Shown here one piece after another: positions 1-10,550 of a DNA stretch of 64,000 nucleotides. Both the position numbers and the translations under genes were made by a program. The first letter of the stretch is position 1. Each line of letters begins with the position of its first letter. The notes under the pieces are model-generated. The model ran no database searches, was not told the DNA's origin, and saw only the letters and a list, made by a program, of their open reading frames with translations. Origin of the DNA: an uncultured Nitrososphaerales archaeon (GTDB taxonomy: Archaea > Thermoproteota > Nitrososphaeria > Nitrososphaerales > Nitrososphaeraceae); contig CAVOHZ010000006.1 in the NCBI GenBank assembly GCA_963695855.1, forward strand, positions 32,001 to 96,000. Reading direction: 5' to 3'.

Positions 1-2
1 GC

Positions 3-674
3 ATGGAAATCTATTCGGAACAGTTACTAATTGCAACAGGTCGAACACCAAATTCGGATTTATTAGATATCGAAAAAAGCGGTATTAAAAGAAATGAGAA
101 AGGTTTCATACTTGTTGATGAATATTTGGAGACAAATATAAAAGGAATTTTTGCAGTAGGAGATGTTGTTGGAAAATTTCAATTCAAACATAATGCCAAC
201 AACGAAGCACGCTATGCATACAATAATATACTTTATCCTGATAACAAATTACCTGTAAATTATAATGCAATCCCTCATGCTATTTTTACGAGTCCACAAA
301 TTGCAGGTGTAGGATATACAGAACAACAACTAAAGAAAGAAAAGATAGAATATGTTAGGTCTATATACCCTTATATTCAAACAGCAATGGGAAAAGCAAT
401 AGAAGATAAAGACGGATTTGTAAAATTTCTTATCGATAAAAAAAATAAATATATTCTTGGGTGTCACATCATGGGAACAGATGCGTCGATTTTGATTCAT
501 GAAGTATTAGTTGCAATGACAACGGGAGAAGGAAAGATAGATAACATAACTAATACTATTCACATTCATCCAGCGTTATCGGAAGTAGTAGGTAGAGCTG
601 CTTCTGTTCATAATCTTGACATAGTTGTTCCCCTTGGTACTTGTATAACTCCATACCTCTTCCTTCACCTTTAA
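3..674 (+). CDS. Class I pyridine nucleotide-disulfide oxidoreductase (dihydrolipoamide dehydrogenase/mycothione reductase-like), C-terminal part; starts before the window
   Basis: IATGRTPN, IFAVGDV, PHAIFTSPQIAGVG, ILGCHIMG and the HIHPALSE (His-Glu dyad) dimerisation-domain motifs. Confidence 0.85.
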   Translation: MEIYSEQLLIATGRTPNSDLLDIEKSGIKRNEKGFILVDEYLETNIKGIFAVGDVVGKFQFKHNANNEARYAYNNILYPDNKLPVNYNAIPHAIFTSPQIAGVGYTEQQLKKEKIEYVRSIYPYIQTAMGKAIEDKDGFVKFLIDKKNKYILGCHIMGTDASILIHEVLVAMTTGEGKIDNITNTIHIHPALSEVVGRAASVHNLDIVVPLGTCITPYLFLHL

Positions 675-772
675 AAGTTATTTTTATTTTAGAAGGCGAT
701 TGAGAATACCAACTCTTCCAAGTCGTACAAGCAGAATTATTAACTACAAATGCAATTAGTAAAATCTTGGGA

Positions 773-2386
773 TTAAGACATTTTCTTCCAGCTCTCTATT
801 TCCTTGATAATCGCTATGGGTCTTTCTGTAATTAGGGGGAGCTTACCTCCATAAACCGATCCAGTGGTACCATCTAATGTAATGTAGTCTCCCTCGTTGA
901 GAATATCCTTGTTAATAATACATGTCCGTTCTTTAAGATCTATCAATATTTCGCGACAGCCCACAATACACACTTTATCCATTTGTCTTGCAACTACTGC
1001 TGCATGAGATGTTCTTCCACCCTGATTCGTAACTAGCCCAGAGCATACGGCTATACCTGCAATATCATCAGTGGATATATCTTGACGAACTAGTACAAGT
1101 TGCCCGCCTTCGCTAGTCTTGCCAGTAGCTCTCTCTGAATCTAGCACGATTTTGCCCACTGCCACTCCACGATTTGCAGATATTCCTTTACATAATACCT
1201 TTAAATTAGAAGATGAAGATAAACTCGTTCTCGATATCTTATTTAAATCATATTTTTTAACTCTCTCCAACCCAGTAGCAAAATCTATCAATCCTTCATT
1301 CACTAGGTCCACAGCAATTTGAATAGCGGCCCAAGACGTTCGTTTACCAGTCCTTGACTGCAGAATAAAGAGCTTTCCTTCCTGAATTGTGAATTCAAAG
1401 TCCTGCATATCTTTGAACTCTGTTTCCAAACGCAACTTTATGTTCTGTATTTTCTTATATACTTGGGGCATTATCTTCTTTAGCTTTTCTGCATTCCTAA
1501 CTGCATGTCGGCCGGATACTATGTCCTCTCCTTGTGAATTGAAGAGGAAATCTATGTACAGACTATCTTCGCCTGTAGCGGGATCCCTAGTAAAAGCTAC
1601 GCCTGAACCCGATGTGGCTCCCATATTTCCAAAAACCATAGCTTGGATTATGGCCGCAGTTCCTATCAGATCCCTGATATCATGAAGCCTACGATATTCA
1701 ATCGCCCTTGGACTGTTCCAGGATCTAAAGACTGCTCCAATCGCTTCCCTCAGCTGAACGAGAGGCAGTTGGGGAAATGGAACATGTACATGTTCCTCAA
1801 ATATTTTCATGTAGATTCTTGACAAACTCTTGAGTTCTTCCGCACTGAGCTCTCTGACGTCCCTTAATCCTTTATTGATAATATCCTCTTTCAATATACT
1901 TTCAAAAAAATTTGGAGGACAACCATACACAACTTTAGCATATGTTTCAATCAATCGTCTATACGAATCCCAGACAAATTTTGGGTTTCCAGTCATTCTG
2001 ATCAACCCATCTATTGTAGAATCACAGAGACCGACATTCAATATTGATTCCAACATCCCCGGCATAGAAACTGCTGCGCCAGAACGGACGGATAAAAGTA
2101 AAGGCCTTCGTGAGCCTCCAAAAGTAAGACGGCTTGTATCTTCAATTTTCTTGATAAAGAATTCCACGGTATCTTCAAAATTCGGTGGAAGAATTTGATT
2201 ATTCCTCAGATACCTATCGCAAATTGATGTGCTTATCACAAATCCAGGGGGAACAGGGAGCATGATTTTGTCCATTCTCATTAGGTACATCGCCTTAGAA
2301 CCTACTTCAAATCCGCTAGGAAAGTGTGCATGAGAATTGGATGATCCGAAGAAATAGATATTTCCTTGATCTGTTTTGGTGGTCAT
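773..2386 (-). CDS. Truncated pyruvate phosphate dikinase-like protein: ATP-grasp and phosphohistidine swivel domains, no C-terminal PEP/pyruvate-binding barrel
   Basis: VGSKA, LPVPPGFVIST, LLSVRSGAAVSMPGM, VFGNMG..SGSGVAFTRDPATGE, QGEDIVSG, DMQDFEFTIQ..LFILQSR, GGRTSHAAVVARQM. ORF stops about 30 aa after ITLDG. Likely start MTTKT at 2386 (ORF track starts at 2500, overlapping the upstream gene). Confidence 0.9.
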   Translation of the reverse strand: MTTKTDQGNIYFFGSSNSHAHFPSGFEVGSKAMYLMRMDKIMLPVPPGFVISTSICDRYLRNNQILPPNFEDTVEFFIKKIEDTSRLTFGGSRRPLLLSVRSGAAVSMPGMLESILNVGLCDSTIDGLIRMTGNPKFVWDSYRRLIETYAKVVYGCPPNFFESILKEDIINKGLRDVRELSAEELKSLSRIYMKIFEEHVHVPFPQLPLVQLREAIGAVFRSWNSPRAIEYRRLHDIRDLIGTAAIIQAMVFGNMGATSGSGVAFTRDPATGEDSLYIDFLFNSQGEDIVSGRHAVRNAEKLKKIMPQVYKKIQNIKLRLETEFKDMQDFEFTIQEGKLFILQSRTGKRTSWAAIQIAVDLVNEGLIDFATGLERVKKYDLNKISRTSLSSSSNLKVLCKGISANRGVAVGKIVLDSERATGKTSEGGQLVLVRQDISTDDIAGIAVCSGLVTNQGGRTSHAAVVARQMDKVCIVGCREILIDLKERTCIINKDILNEGDYITLDGTTGSVYGGKLPLITERPIAIIKEIESWKKMS

Positions 2387-2474
2387 ATCTAATTGCAAGC
2401 AACACTTGATGTTATGTTGGTTAATTGTAGGAAGTTGCCAAGACAATTCTCTGCTTTGAAATATGATAAGTAGA

Positions 2475-4484
2475 TCAAATTGCAAGAACCTCATTGGCAT
2501 AGTCTCTTAATATCACAGCAGATTTAGTGAGTGAGTCGGTCCCCTCCTCTATATTCTTTGAGATTTCAGATAATATATGTAATTGCTTAAAATTATTTGA
2601 CTCATTCATTATAGCGGCGTTCACCTTACGGGTTACATCATCTGCTTGGTGTTCTAATGTAATGATTTTATCTATAGTTTCAAGAAAATCATCAATTTCT
2701 TCACGGGTACTCCATTTGTCTATAATTTTTACGTTTTCAATTGCCTTGAGGTACTCCATTGAACTATGCACAGCTAATTCTGCAAGGTCTAGTAGAGGTT
2801 CATAAAAATCTCCTATGATTTCTTCTTTAGAAACCAATGTCAATAAGAAAAGGGTTTCCTCCATGGAATCGGCAGCATCATCCGCATTACTCACGAAGTT
2901 CTCAAATACAATAGAGGCATTTGACCGCTTAAGTATAACACGAATATTATTCAACAAAGCGTCAGCATTTTTCTCCCAGACTTTCACTCTTTCGGCATTT
3001 CTCGTAATAAATTCTTGGTCGTCACTCTCTATCTGAACCAGGCCGTCCCTTACTATTGTACTAATTTCAACTACCAAAGATGCATGATTTGCAGCTATGT
3101 TTAGAAGGCTTTCATCAATACTGCGAAAATTTTTGGCGAGTTCAACTCTCACTTCATCACGTATTAGAAATTCCGATTTGCCTTCTATCAATCCTTCAGC
3201 ACAAGTTTGGAGAACAAATTTTAGGAATTCAATCGCCTTTTCTCTACTAAGAACATCCTCGAATTTATCCCCGAAATGAAGAGGGGACTTTGCAGTTTTT
3301 TTTATAGCATCGAAAATTAATTGTTCTCCGCCCATCTTCAGAAATCCCATATGACCCAAATCATTATCTGCAGCCCATTTCAATATGCTGAAGACATCCT
3401 CTTTCTTTACGAATATACCCAGACGTTTTCTTGCACGATTCCAATCAATTAGAAATACTATACGTGACGCCAAGAAAGAAAGATAGACTTCTAGATCCAT
3501 AGGATTTTTTGCGACATAAGTTCCGATGGAGATATGATACAGTCCAGAACCTTTAAATTTTTCACTTTGCCTTGATGTTGTGTTTTCCCACTTTACGTCA
3601 AATCTGTCAAGCATTGAATGAAAAAAAATTAGTCTTTGAATGTGTATATCAGAACAAGTTACTGAAACTGTCATTTCCTTAATTTTAATAACAAGTACGT
3701 GCGCATCAGTAGTTCCTATATCATTTTGGATTAATAACATATCTGCTGAACGGGTGGCTGTTGTATCCAGTCCAGGATGTTCAAACTTTAATTTTTTTGA
3801 TTTATTAATTCCCTTCATGAATGCTCGTACTAGTACCTTGTCATTGTCCGTTATCCCATAGACTTTCGCTCCATCGATGGATTCGTGATATATTAGAGAC
3901 TGTAGTCTGTTAAGCTCCTTATGAATTCCCATAACAAGAAGATGAAAACTGTCTCGATTTTTTGGTTCACCAGAAATAATATTGTCTATAATCAAATCTG
4001 AAATAATATCTTCATCTATTCTGGGGATTGTTGCCAATAGATCCTTGAATCTATTACGAAGACTATCATAATCTGCTATTTGGAACAGTTTTGAATTGGT
4101 AACTAAATTCGAGTCGTGTATTCTTTTTTGATCAGTTGGTTCGAAAAAAGTTTGTAAAGGAAGAATCATTTGCTTAATATTTTCGATTATATTGGCAATT
4201 ATAGGATTTACGTTGGGTATGTAATAGTAATTTTCAAGATCCGGCGTTTTGACGCTGTATTCTACTACTCTATCAAGATTAGTGTCTTGAATACCGCATT
4301 CTTCACGCTCGTTCCTAAGGTTTGAAAGTTCAATTTGAGGATTATCAGCGTGATGTTTTGCCATCTGAAGTAGTGAAAAAAAATACTTTACTCTGTCATT
4401 AGCATCGAACGCATCTGAAATCAGCTTTGGAAGTAAAAGTTCTCTAATTCCTAATTCTCGTATTATTTCTGCTTTCTCTGTCAA
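2475..4484 (-). CDS. 669-aa protein with an uncharacterised N-terminal/central region and a C-terminal PhoU-like/DUF47 double helical bundle
   Basis: C-terminal ~210 aa has the duplicated E-x-x-A-D and acidic-cluster pattern (WEKNAD...ADDAADSMEE; LEHQADD...IEEGTDSL). Central motifs KFEHPGLDTTATR, IQNDIGTTDAHVLVI, DIHIQRL. Confidence 0.7.
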   Translation of the reverse strand: MTEKAEIIRELGIRELLLPKLISDAFDANDRVKYFFSLLQMAKHHADNPQIELSNLRNEREECGIQDTNLDRVVEYSVKTPDLENYYYIPNVNPIIANIIENIKQMILPLQTFFEPTDQKRIHDSNLVTNSKLFQIADYDSLRNRFKDLLATIPRIDEDIISDLIIDNIISGEPKNRDSFHLLVMGIHKELNRLQSLIYHESIDGAKVYGITDNDKVLVRAFMKGINKSKKLKFEHPGLDTTATRSADMLLIQNDIGTTDAHVLVIKIKEMTVSVTCSDIHIQRLIFFHSMLDRFDVKWENTTSRQSEKFKGSGLYHISIGTYVAKNPMDLEVYLSFLASRIVFLIDWNRARKRLGIFVKKEDVFSILKWAADNDLGHMGFLKMGGEQLIFDAIKKTAKSPLHFGDKFEDVLSREKAIEFLKFVLQTCAEGLIEGKSEFLIRDEVRVELAKNFRSIDESLLNIAANHASLVVEISTIVRDGLVQIESDDQEFITRNAERVKVWEKNADALLNNIRVILKRSNASIVFENFVSNADDAADSMEETLFLLTLVSKEEIIGDFYEPLLDLAELAVHSSMEYLKAIENVKIIDKWSTREEIDDFLETIDKIITLEHQADDVTRKVNAAIMNESNNFKQLHILSEISKNIEEGTDSLTKSAVILRDYANEVLAI

Positions 4485-4989
4485 CTAATCTGCCACGGAA
4501 TAAATATTATGCATATGATATATTCATATAAATAGATTGTATATATAGTCCATAGAGCAACGTGCATATATCGTTTATTCTTTGGAGACAATGGTAAAAT
4601 TGTCCTTTATTTAATAGCACTAAAGAATAGATAGTTGAAAAATCTATTATTTTTCGAGGATGTTGATATGCCTTTACTTGTTGTGAAAGTGGCCATAACA
4701 AGAGTTATATCCATTGCCTTTGTACAAACCTCACAATTCTTTATCTCTTTTTTTTTGAAATATCAGAACGGACTCAATATGCTCAATTAACAGTAATTTC
4801 ATTTCTATTTAGAATTTCTTTTACTTTTCATGTTTATAGTATTTTTGATTCGTACAATAGTAATTGTTATTCTTATTGTATATACCGTGTCCAATAGAGC
4901 GGCCTATAACTGTCTATGTAGATGAAAGAGATCTAAATGATCAATGTTAAGAATTACTATATAGCTACATTGATTATTTTAAAATCTTC

Positions 4990-6348
4990 ATGAATCCGCA
5001 TCGAGAAAATTTGTTTCAGGATGAATTATATTTACTTGATTTTATGGACGCATCCGTTAATTGGACAAAATTAAATCTAGAATATATATCTGTATATATA
5101 GACACATATTTTAGCACCTCCCAGGATGTTCTAAAACTTGGACAATGGGACACATTCTACGATAGATGGTTATCAAATATCGACAGAGAATTAGAATGCG
5201 AGTTAGGCTCCAGGCAATTTACTAGTAATTTGAAAGATTGGATGAAGTCTACCATTAAATTACGATCAACTTATCGTACATTAGGATTTCCTATCGAACA
5301 TTACGACGAACTACTTTATTCAATCAAGAAGTTTATGATGAGTCTTTATGTTTTTCCTTTGATGCAAGAATTTGGATACTCTACTCCTTCAGAAGTGGTC
5401 TATACACTAGGAAAGGTTACTCTCCGTCACTATAAAAACAGTCAAAGTAAGCTTACCGCTGTTGGACTTCCTGTACTTATTGTATATGCACAGATTAATA
5501 GATTCAACATACTAGATATAAGCTCTGACAGAAGTGTGGTGAGGAATCTAACATCAAACGGTTTGGATGTGTACGTTCTGGATTGGGGGTACTCTGGAAG
5601 TCAAGATGATAACAGATCTGTTGAGGATTACGTGAAAATACTACACAGTGTTATGGATATCATCACTTCAAGGCACAAAAAAAATGATAAAATATCGATT
5701 CTAGGATATTGCTGGGGAGGATTAATTTCAATTATTTTCACAGCGCTTCATCCAGACAGAGTAAACGCTCTAGCTCTACTGGCTTCACCTGTTGATTCTA
5801 GCAAGGATAACAGTTTGCTAGCTGTTTGGGCACGCTCTATCGATGCTGATATGATAATACAAGAATTTGGTCATATGGATGGACAGATTCTTGACCTTGC
5901 TTTTATTATGAGGAATCCACCAAGAAACCTTTGTGACAAATATTTGAAATTGTTCAAAAACTTCAACGATAAACATTTTGTGAATTCTTTTTTAGCAGTT
6001 GAAAACTGGCTCTTTCGCACTCCTCCGATACCTGGTGTATTGTACCGTCAAATTATAAACGACCTGTACAAGAGAAATCTCTTGATTAGAAATGATATCA
6101 AGATAAACGGCAAAGCGGTTGACTTGAAGAAGATAGATGTTCCATTGTTAAATATAGTCGCTGAAAATGATGATTTGGTATCACCAGCTTCTTCCCTGGC
6201 TGTAAACGAATACGTATCAAGCGTAGATAAGAAGTCGATTAAAATACCAGGAGGCCATGTAGGTTTGTTAATTAGCAAGAGGGCGCATGAGAAACTGTGG
6301 CCTGAAGTCGCAGACTGGATACTGCTGTCTAGGACAAGAAGAAAATAA
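4990..6348 (+). CDS. phaC: Class III PHA synthase PhaC with a fused N-terminal PhaE-like segment
   Basis: STPSEVVY, PVLIVYAQINRFNILD, DVYVLDWG, lipase box GYCWGG, AENDDLV, GGHVGL. The first ~120 aa align by eye with PhaE at 52050. Confidence 0.85.
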   Translation: MNPHRENLFQDELYLLDFMDASVNWTKLNLEYISVYIDTYFSTSQDVLKLGQWDTFYDRWLSNIDRELECELGSRQFTSNLKDWMKSTIKLRSTYRTLGFPIEHYDELLYSIKKFMMSLYVFPLMQEFGYSTPSEVVYTLGKVTLRHYKNSQSKLTAVGLPVLIVYAQINRFNILDISSDRSVVRNLTSNGLDVYVLDWGYSGSQDDNRSVEDYVKILHSVMDIITSRHKKNDKISILGYCWGGLISIIFTALHPDRVNALALLASPVDSSKDNSLLAVWARSIDADMIIQEFGHMDGQILDLAFIMRNPPRNLCDKYLKLFKNFNDKHFVNSFLAVENWLFRTPPIPGVLYRQIINDLYKRNLLIRNDIKINGKAVDLKKIDVPLLNIVAENDDLVSPASSLAVNEYVSSVDKKSIKIPGGHVGLLISKRAHEKLWPEVADWILLSRTRRK

Positions 6349-7521
6349 CAATATGTTCCGGTTTCAATCTAATTACTGTTATGGATTTTCTCAATGTTTT
6401 GCTTCTTTGTTTACCTTCCTTTCCTGGTTTGGTAAGTGGTCACGCATGATCTGTAAGATCAGGAACATTCAAGCTGGATTTGCCATGAGGTAAAAGTAAT
6501 ATTTTTTCATTTTGGAGACAGATTATTTATATTTATATTAATTCTTAGACCTTTATCATAAGTGGAAAAAACTTAAGGAACAAATAATTAAATTTGATAA
6601 AATTTTAACTGTGCAATTCAACTTTTAGGTATCAATACAAAAATGAGCAGTGAATGGTTCTGATAGTATTTTTGGCCCTTGAACCTGTAAATTATCTCCA
6701 TGTATTTTTACATTGATACTTATTAAGAATCATAAAATAAAGAAAATTTTGAGATGTATTACATATTCTTCTTAAATCAATTGACACAAACTATCATTTT
6801 CACAAAGGGTTCGGATCATATTTAGAAGTATAATCGGTAATTATACAATTTCATAGTTGGTAGTATTCTTGTATTCAATAGTCTCTTGATTTCTCCTTTG
6901 GTCTTTGAGTGGAATGCAGTGACAGGAAGTTAGAAAGTCCAAATTTTCAGGATAAGGAATGATGTAAAGCATCATTGCATGAATTGCCAATATTATTTTA
7001 TTTGTGATTCTACTATGACAGGACTCATGCCCTGTTATAATCAGATAAGATTTGAATTTCAATTTGAACAGAATTTTAAAAAATAGGAATCTTTCTTCCT
7101 CTGCTTTTAAATGATAGGATATTTACAATATATTTTAGGGATTTTTAACCATCTCCTTCTTTTTGATATCCGTTCAGATATCTGTAGGAAACTGGCTCTG
7201 GAAATGTGGGGGATGTTTATAGCTACAAGTTACTCTCCGTCAATCGCGTTTGCGTCCAAGATACCATAGTCTAGTCTTGATCTTTTTCATATCGCACATA
7301 ATCTCACACTGCTTAATCCGAACGATCAAAAAATGTCCAAATGCTATAGCATGATAGAAATTATATAATCACATGCGAGTTTAAATTCCAATATTGTTTT
7401 AGAATTACTTCTCATTCCTTTTAACTTGAATGCGAATAATTCATCATGTATCTCATAGATTTCCAGACAACACGTCTTTTGCCAGATGTAGTTTTATTAA
7501 TTATAATTATAAGATTATTTT

Positions 7522-7642
7522 TTATTTGTTTATTTTATTCTTCCTTTCGTGTTTATTTTTATTATTATATTTTGATGTATTTATTGTCTCTATATCACTA
7601 CCAATTTTTTTTACTTCAGATTGTAGTCTAGAGATTTGAGAT
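7522..7642 (-). pseudogene. 3' remnant of a paralog of the Lys-rich protein at 15711-16343
   Basis: 7571-7642 matches 16003-16074 at 63/72 nt; translates SQISRLQSEVKKIGSDIETINTSKYNNKNKHERKNKINK*. Confidence 0.75.
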
Positions 7643-7749
7643 CCTTTGTTTTCGAATGGCGTTGGAATGGATTTTCTTCTACTGCAAATAATTGACCTAT
7701 ATTAAAGATAAAACAATTGAAGTTTTTGAGAAGGCATCTTTTTGAAGAA

Positions 7750-8820
7750 TAGATCTTTTGCGTAATAGATAAGCTTACAGCTATATTCCTCTTTTTTAGC
7801 AGTTATATTTCGTAGATTTGCTAAATTACGATAGATTATCCAGAAAACTACAAATGTTCAGGTCATTTACAGAATTGGAATTAACAGAATTTGATTCAAT
7901 TTACAAGGAAATTGAATCCAGATATAATGAATACGAGGTAAAACGTCTCTCTAAAAGAAAGAAGAGAAGAATAAGACCTGTAGGTATGGGAGGTAGACAC
8001 TTCAAACATCCAGTAAGAGATAGATTTCTTATGCTTTTGGTGTACTACAGATTATACATAACACATACACTTTCTGGTTTTCTGTTTGACTTGGACCAGA
8101 GCAATGTGTACAGGGATATAAGATACATAGAACCTTTAGTCAAAAAATGTATTCCATTACCAGAAAAACTGTACAATAGTACAAGACGGTTGAGATCTGT
8201 AGAAGAGGTAGAAAAGTACTTTCCTGAATTTAAGGCATTTATAGATGCAACCGAACAGGAGATACAAAGACCAAAAAACAAAAGAAAGAGGAGAAACTAC
8301 TATTCGGGCAAGAAGAAAAGACATACCGTAAAGACGCAGTACATGGTAAACAAAGAAGGAAAGATATTACATAAATCAGACCACAGAAAAGGAAGACAGC
8401 ATGACTATTCTGTTTACAAGGATCAACATCCTGCTACACCATCACAAGTAGAAAACTATTTTGATCTTGGATACCAAGGAATAAAAAATGATTTTCCAGA
8501 TCTGAAAGTAGCATTGCCAGCAGTAAAGAAGAAACGTAATATTGATCTTACCAAACAGGAGAAAAGGTACAATAGAAAACAGCGTAAACAGCGAACAATA
8601 GTAGAACATACAATCTGCAGGATAAAAAAATTTGGTATTATGAGTACCAGATACAGGAACAGACTGAAAAGATATGATACAGTATCAGATATTGTATCGG
8701 GTCTTGTTAATTACAGAATCATAAAGAAGAGTAATAATCTATCGCTACTATAGAACAAGAATACAGACAGAGAAGAGTAATAGGAGATTACAAAAATTGT
8801 TCAATTACGCAAGACATCTA
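7750..8820 (+). mobile_element. IS5-family (ISL2-like) insertion sequence
   Basis: Imperfect terminal inverted repeats tagatcttttgcgtaat (7750-7766) and attacgcaagacatcta (8804-8820), with TA at both outer ends, flanking one transposase. Confidence 0.85.
7818..8753 (+). CDS. Transposase (HTH plus DDE_Tnp_4-like domain)
   Basis: LMLLVYYR...LFDLDQSNVYR HTH; FIDATEQ, YYSGKKKRHTVKTQ, GRQHDY, DLGYQG, RTIVEHTI..IKKF. Confidence 0.92.
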   Translation: MLNYDRLSRKLQMFRSFTELELTEFDSIYKEIESRYNEYEVKRLSKRKKRRIRPVGMGGRHFKHPVRDRFLMLLVYYRLYITHTLSGFLFDLDQSNVYRDIRYIEPLVKKCIPLPEKLYNSTRRLRSVEEVEKYFPEFKAFIDATEQEIQRPKNKRKRRNYYSGKKKRHTVKTQYMVNKEGKILHKSDHRKGRQHDYSVYKDQHPATPSQVENYFDLGYQGIKNDFPDLKVALPAVKKKRNIDLTKQEKRYNRKQRKQRTIVEHTICRIKKFGIMSTRYRNRLKRYDTVSDIVSGLVNYRIIKKSNNLSLL

Positions 8821-9352
8821 ATATACATATAGATAAATAGATGCATAAATATCGATAAAAATGATGAGTTACAATGTAAAATAAGGAAAATTACGAGAAA
8901 ATGCTTCTGCATGCTTGACAATAGAATTTGAGAGTATCGAAAAGAAGAACAACAAGATCGGATTTGGTAATGCAGTTCGAAACATCTTGAAAGATTTCAC
9001 AATAAAACTTGAAAGAATTCAATTGGATACCCAGAATGGGGCAAGTTGAATCATAAAAGTTCCTCTTGGATAAAAGGCTCGTCCAAAAATTCAAAGCAAT
9101 TTTTTGTGGGATTCTAAATATTCTTGTTAGATTGTAATTTTCCACAGCAAATAATCGTAAAATTCTAATGGGTCAACCATTTAAGGGTTTAGAATATTAT
9201 TCATAATTTTGTCACGCTGAATTATTGTTAATGTATATCATCCTTGTAAAATAATCCGTATATTGAAGTCAATGGTAATCTTGTATAAGAATAAAAGTTA
9301 TTTTATAATTCAATTTTTTGTGTAATAATATAAATATTTCTGTTAGTAAATT

Positions 9353-9901
9353 TTGTACAAATTGGATCTATATATTATGAGGCATGGTGACGCTGGAAAA
9401 CGTCTTTCCGATTCTATACAAGACCGGTCAAGATCGTTAACACAACAAGGTCTGAAAGAAGTCAGAACGATTTCAAAATCTTTAAAGCTTCTAGATGTTA
9501 AATTCGATACAATATTTTCTAGTCCTCTCCCAAGAGCATTACAAACAGCTATTATTGTTGCTAATCAGTATAAATTAAAAAATAAAATAGAAAAATATGA
9601 TGAATTAATTTCTCAACAAGACAGGTTCATATTCTATGATATATTGGCTAATTATAATCGAATGTCTTCGATTCTAATTGTTGGACATGAACCATATCTC
9701 AGTACCATGATTAGTGACATCATATCAAATAGTGACGATAAAAATAAGACTAATAATGACATAAAATCAAATAGTAATATTATCCTAAAAAAGGCAGGTC
9801 TATCAAAAATTAGAATAACTTCTACTGTACCTACTTTACAAGGAGAATTAAGATGGTTACTTACACCAAATATTTTAAAAGAAGTCAAAGATACGTCATA
9901 A
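9353..9901 (+). CDS. sixA: Phosphohistidine phosphatase SixA (copy 1)
   Basis: LYIMRHGDA, SSPLPRALQTA, LIVGHEPYL, LKKAG, GELRWLLTP. Confidence 0.88.
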   Translation: MYKLDLYIMRHGDAGKRLSDSIQDRSRSLTQQGLKEVRTISKSLKLLDVKFDTIFSSPLPRALQTAIIVANQYKLKNKIEKYDELISQQDRFIFYDILANYNRMSSILIVGHEPYLSTMISDIISNSDDKNKTNNDIKSNSNIILKKAGLSKIRITSTVPTLQGELRWLLTPNILKEVKDTS

Positions 9902-10550
9902 CTTTACTGCCTGATATATCTTGTATTAAATTTTCATATCCTTGCAGATAATTTTCTATTGTCTACTAAATTTACTATGATATACTATATTGAATACATA
10001 TGTAAAACTAAAATTTCTTGTTCCTATATAACTATTGAATCAATATCTTGGAACTCTATATACTTAGACACGGAGAGACATCTAAAAAACTGTACTCCTC
10101 TGTAGATTCCAATCACTCTCTCACATTTTCAGGAAAATCTGAAATTGAAGAAATAGGCAATTCAATTAAAAAATTAAGAATCAAGATCGACTTAATATTA
10201 ACAAGTACTATCTCTTCAAGTCTAGAAACTGCGGATATAATAAATAATTTATTTAACAAAAAAATAAAAATCTTAAAATGCGAAGATCTACAACCAGAAG
10301 GAAACATATTAAATGTTTACAAAATTATATCTGAATTTGATCAAATGTCTTCGATTCTAATTGTTGGACATGAACCATATCTCAGTACCATGATTAGTGA
10401 CATCATATCAAATAGTGACGATAAAAATAAGACTAATAATGACATAAAATCAAATAGTAATATTATCCTAAAAAAGGCAGGTCTATCAAAAATTAGAATA
10501 ACTTCTACTGTACCTACTTTACAAGGAGAATTAAGATGGTTACTTACACC
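9661..10550 (+). repeat. 207-bp perfect direct repeat shared by the two sixA genes (9661-9867 and 10344-10550)
   Basis: Identical from aatgtcttcg to ttacacc; flanking 5' halves are divergent. Confidence 0.93.

Noticed and set aside
1119-3861. Many short + strand ORFs opposite the PPDK-like and DUF47 genes, and similar shadows elsewhere
   Set aside because: Antisense to well-supported genes, with no motifs of their own
6287-7450. Short ORFs downstream of the PhaE-PhaC fusion, and 8891-9145
   Set aside because: No recognisable motifs; probably eroded or non-coding DNA
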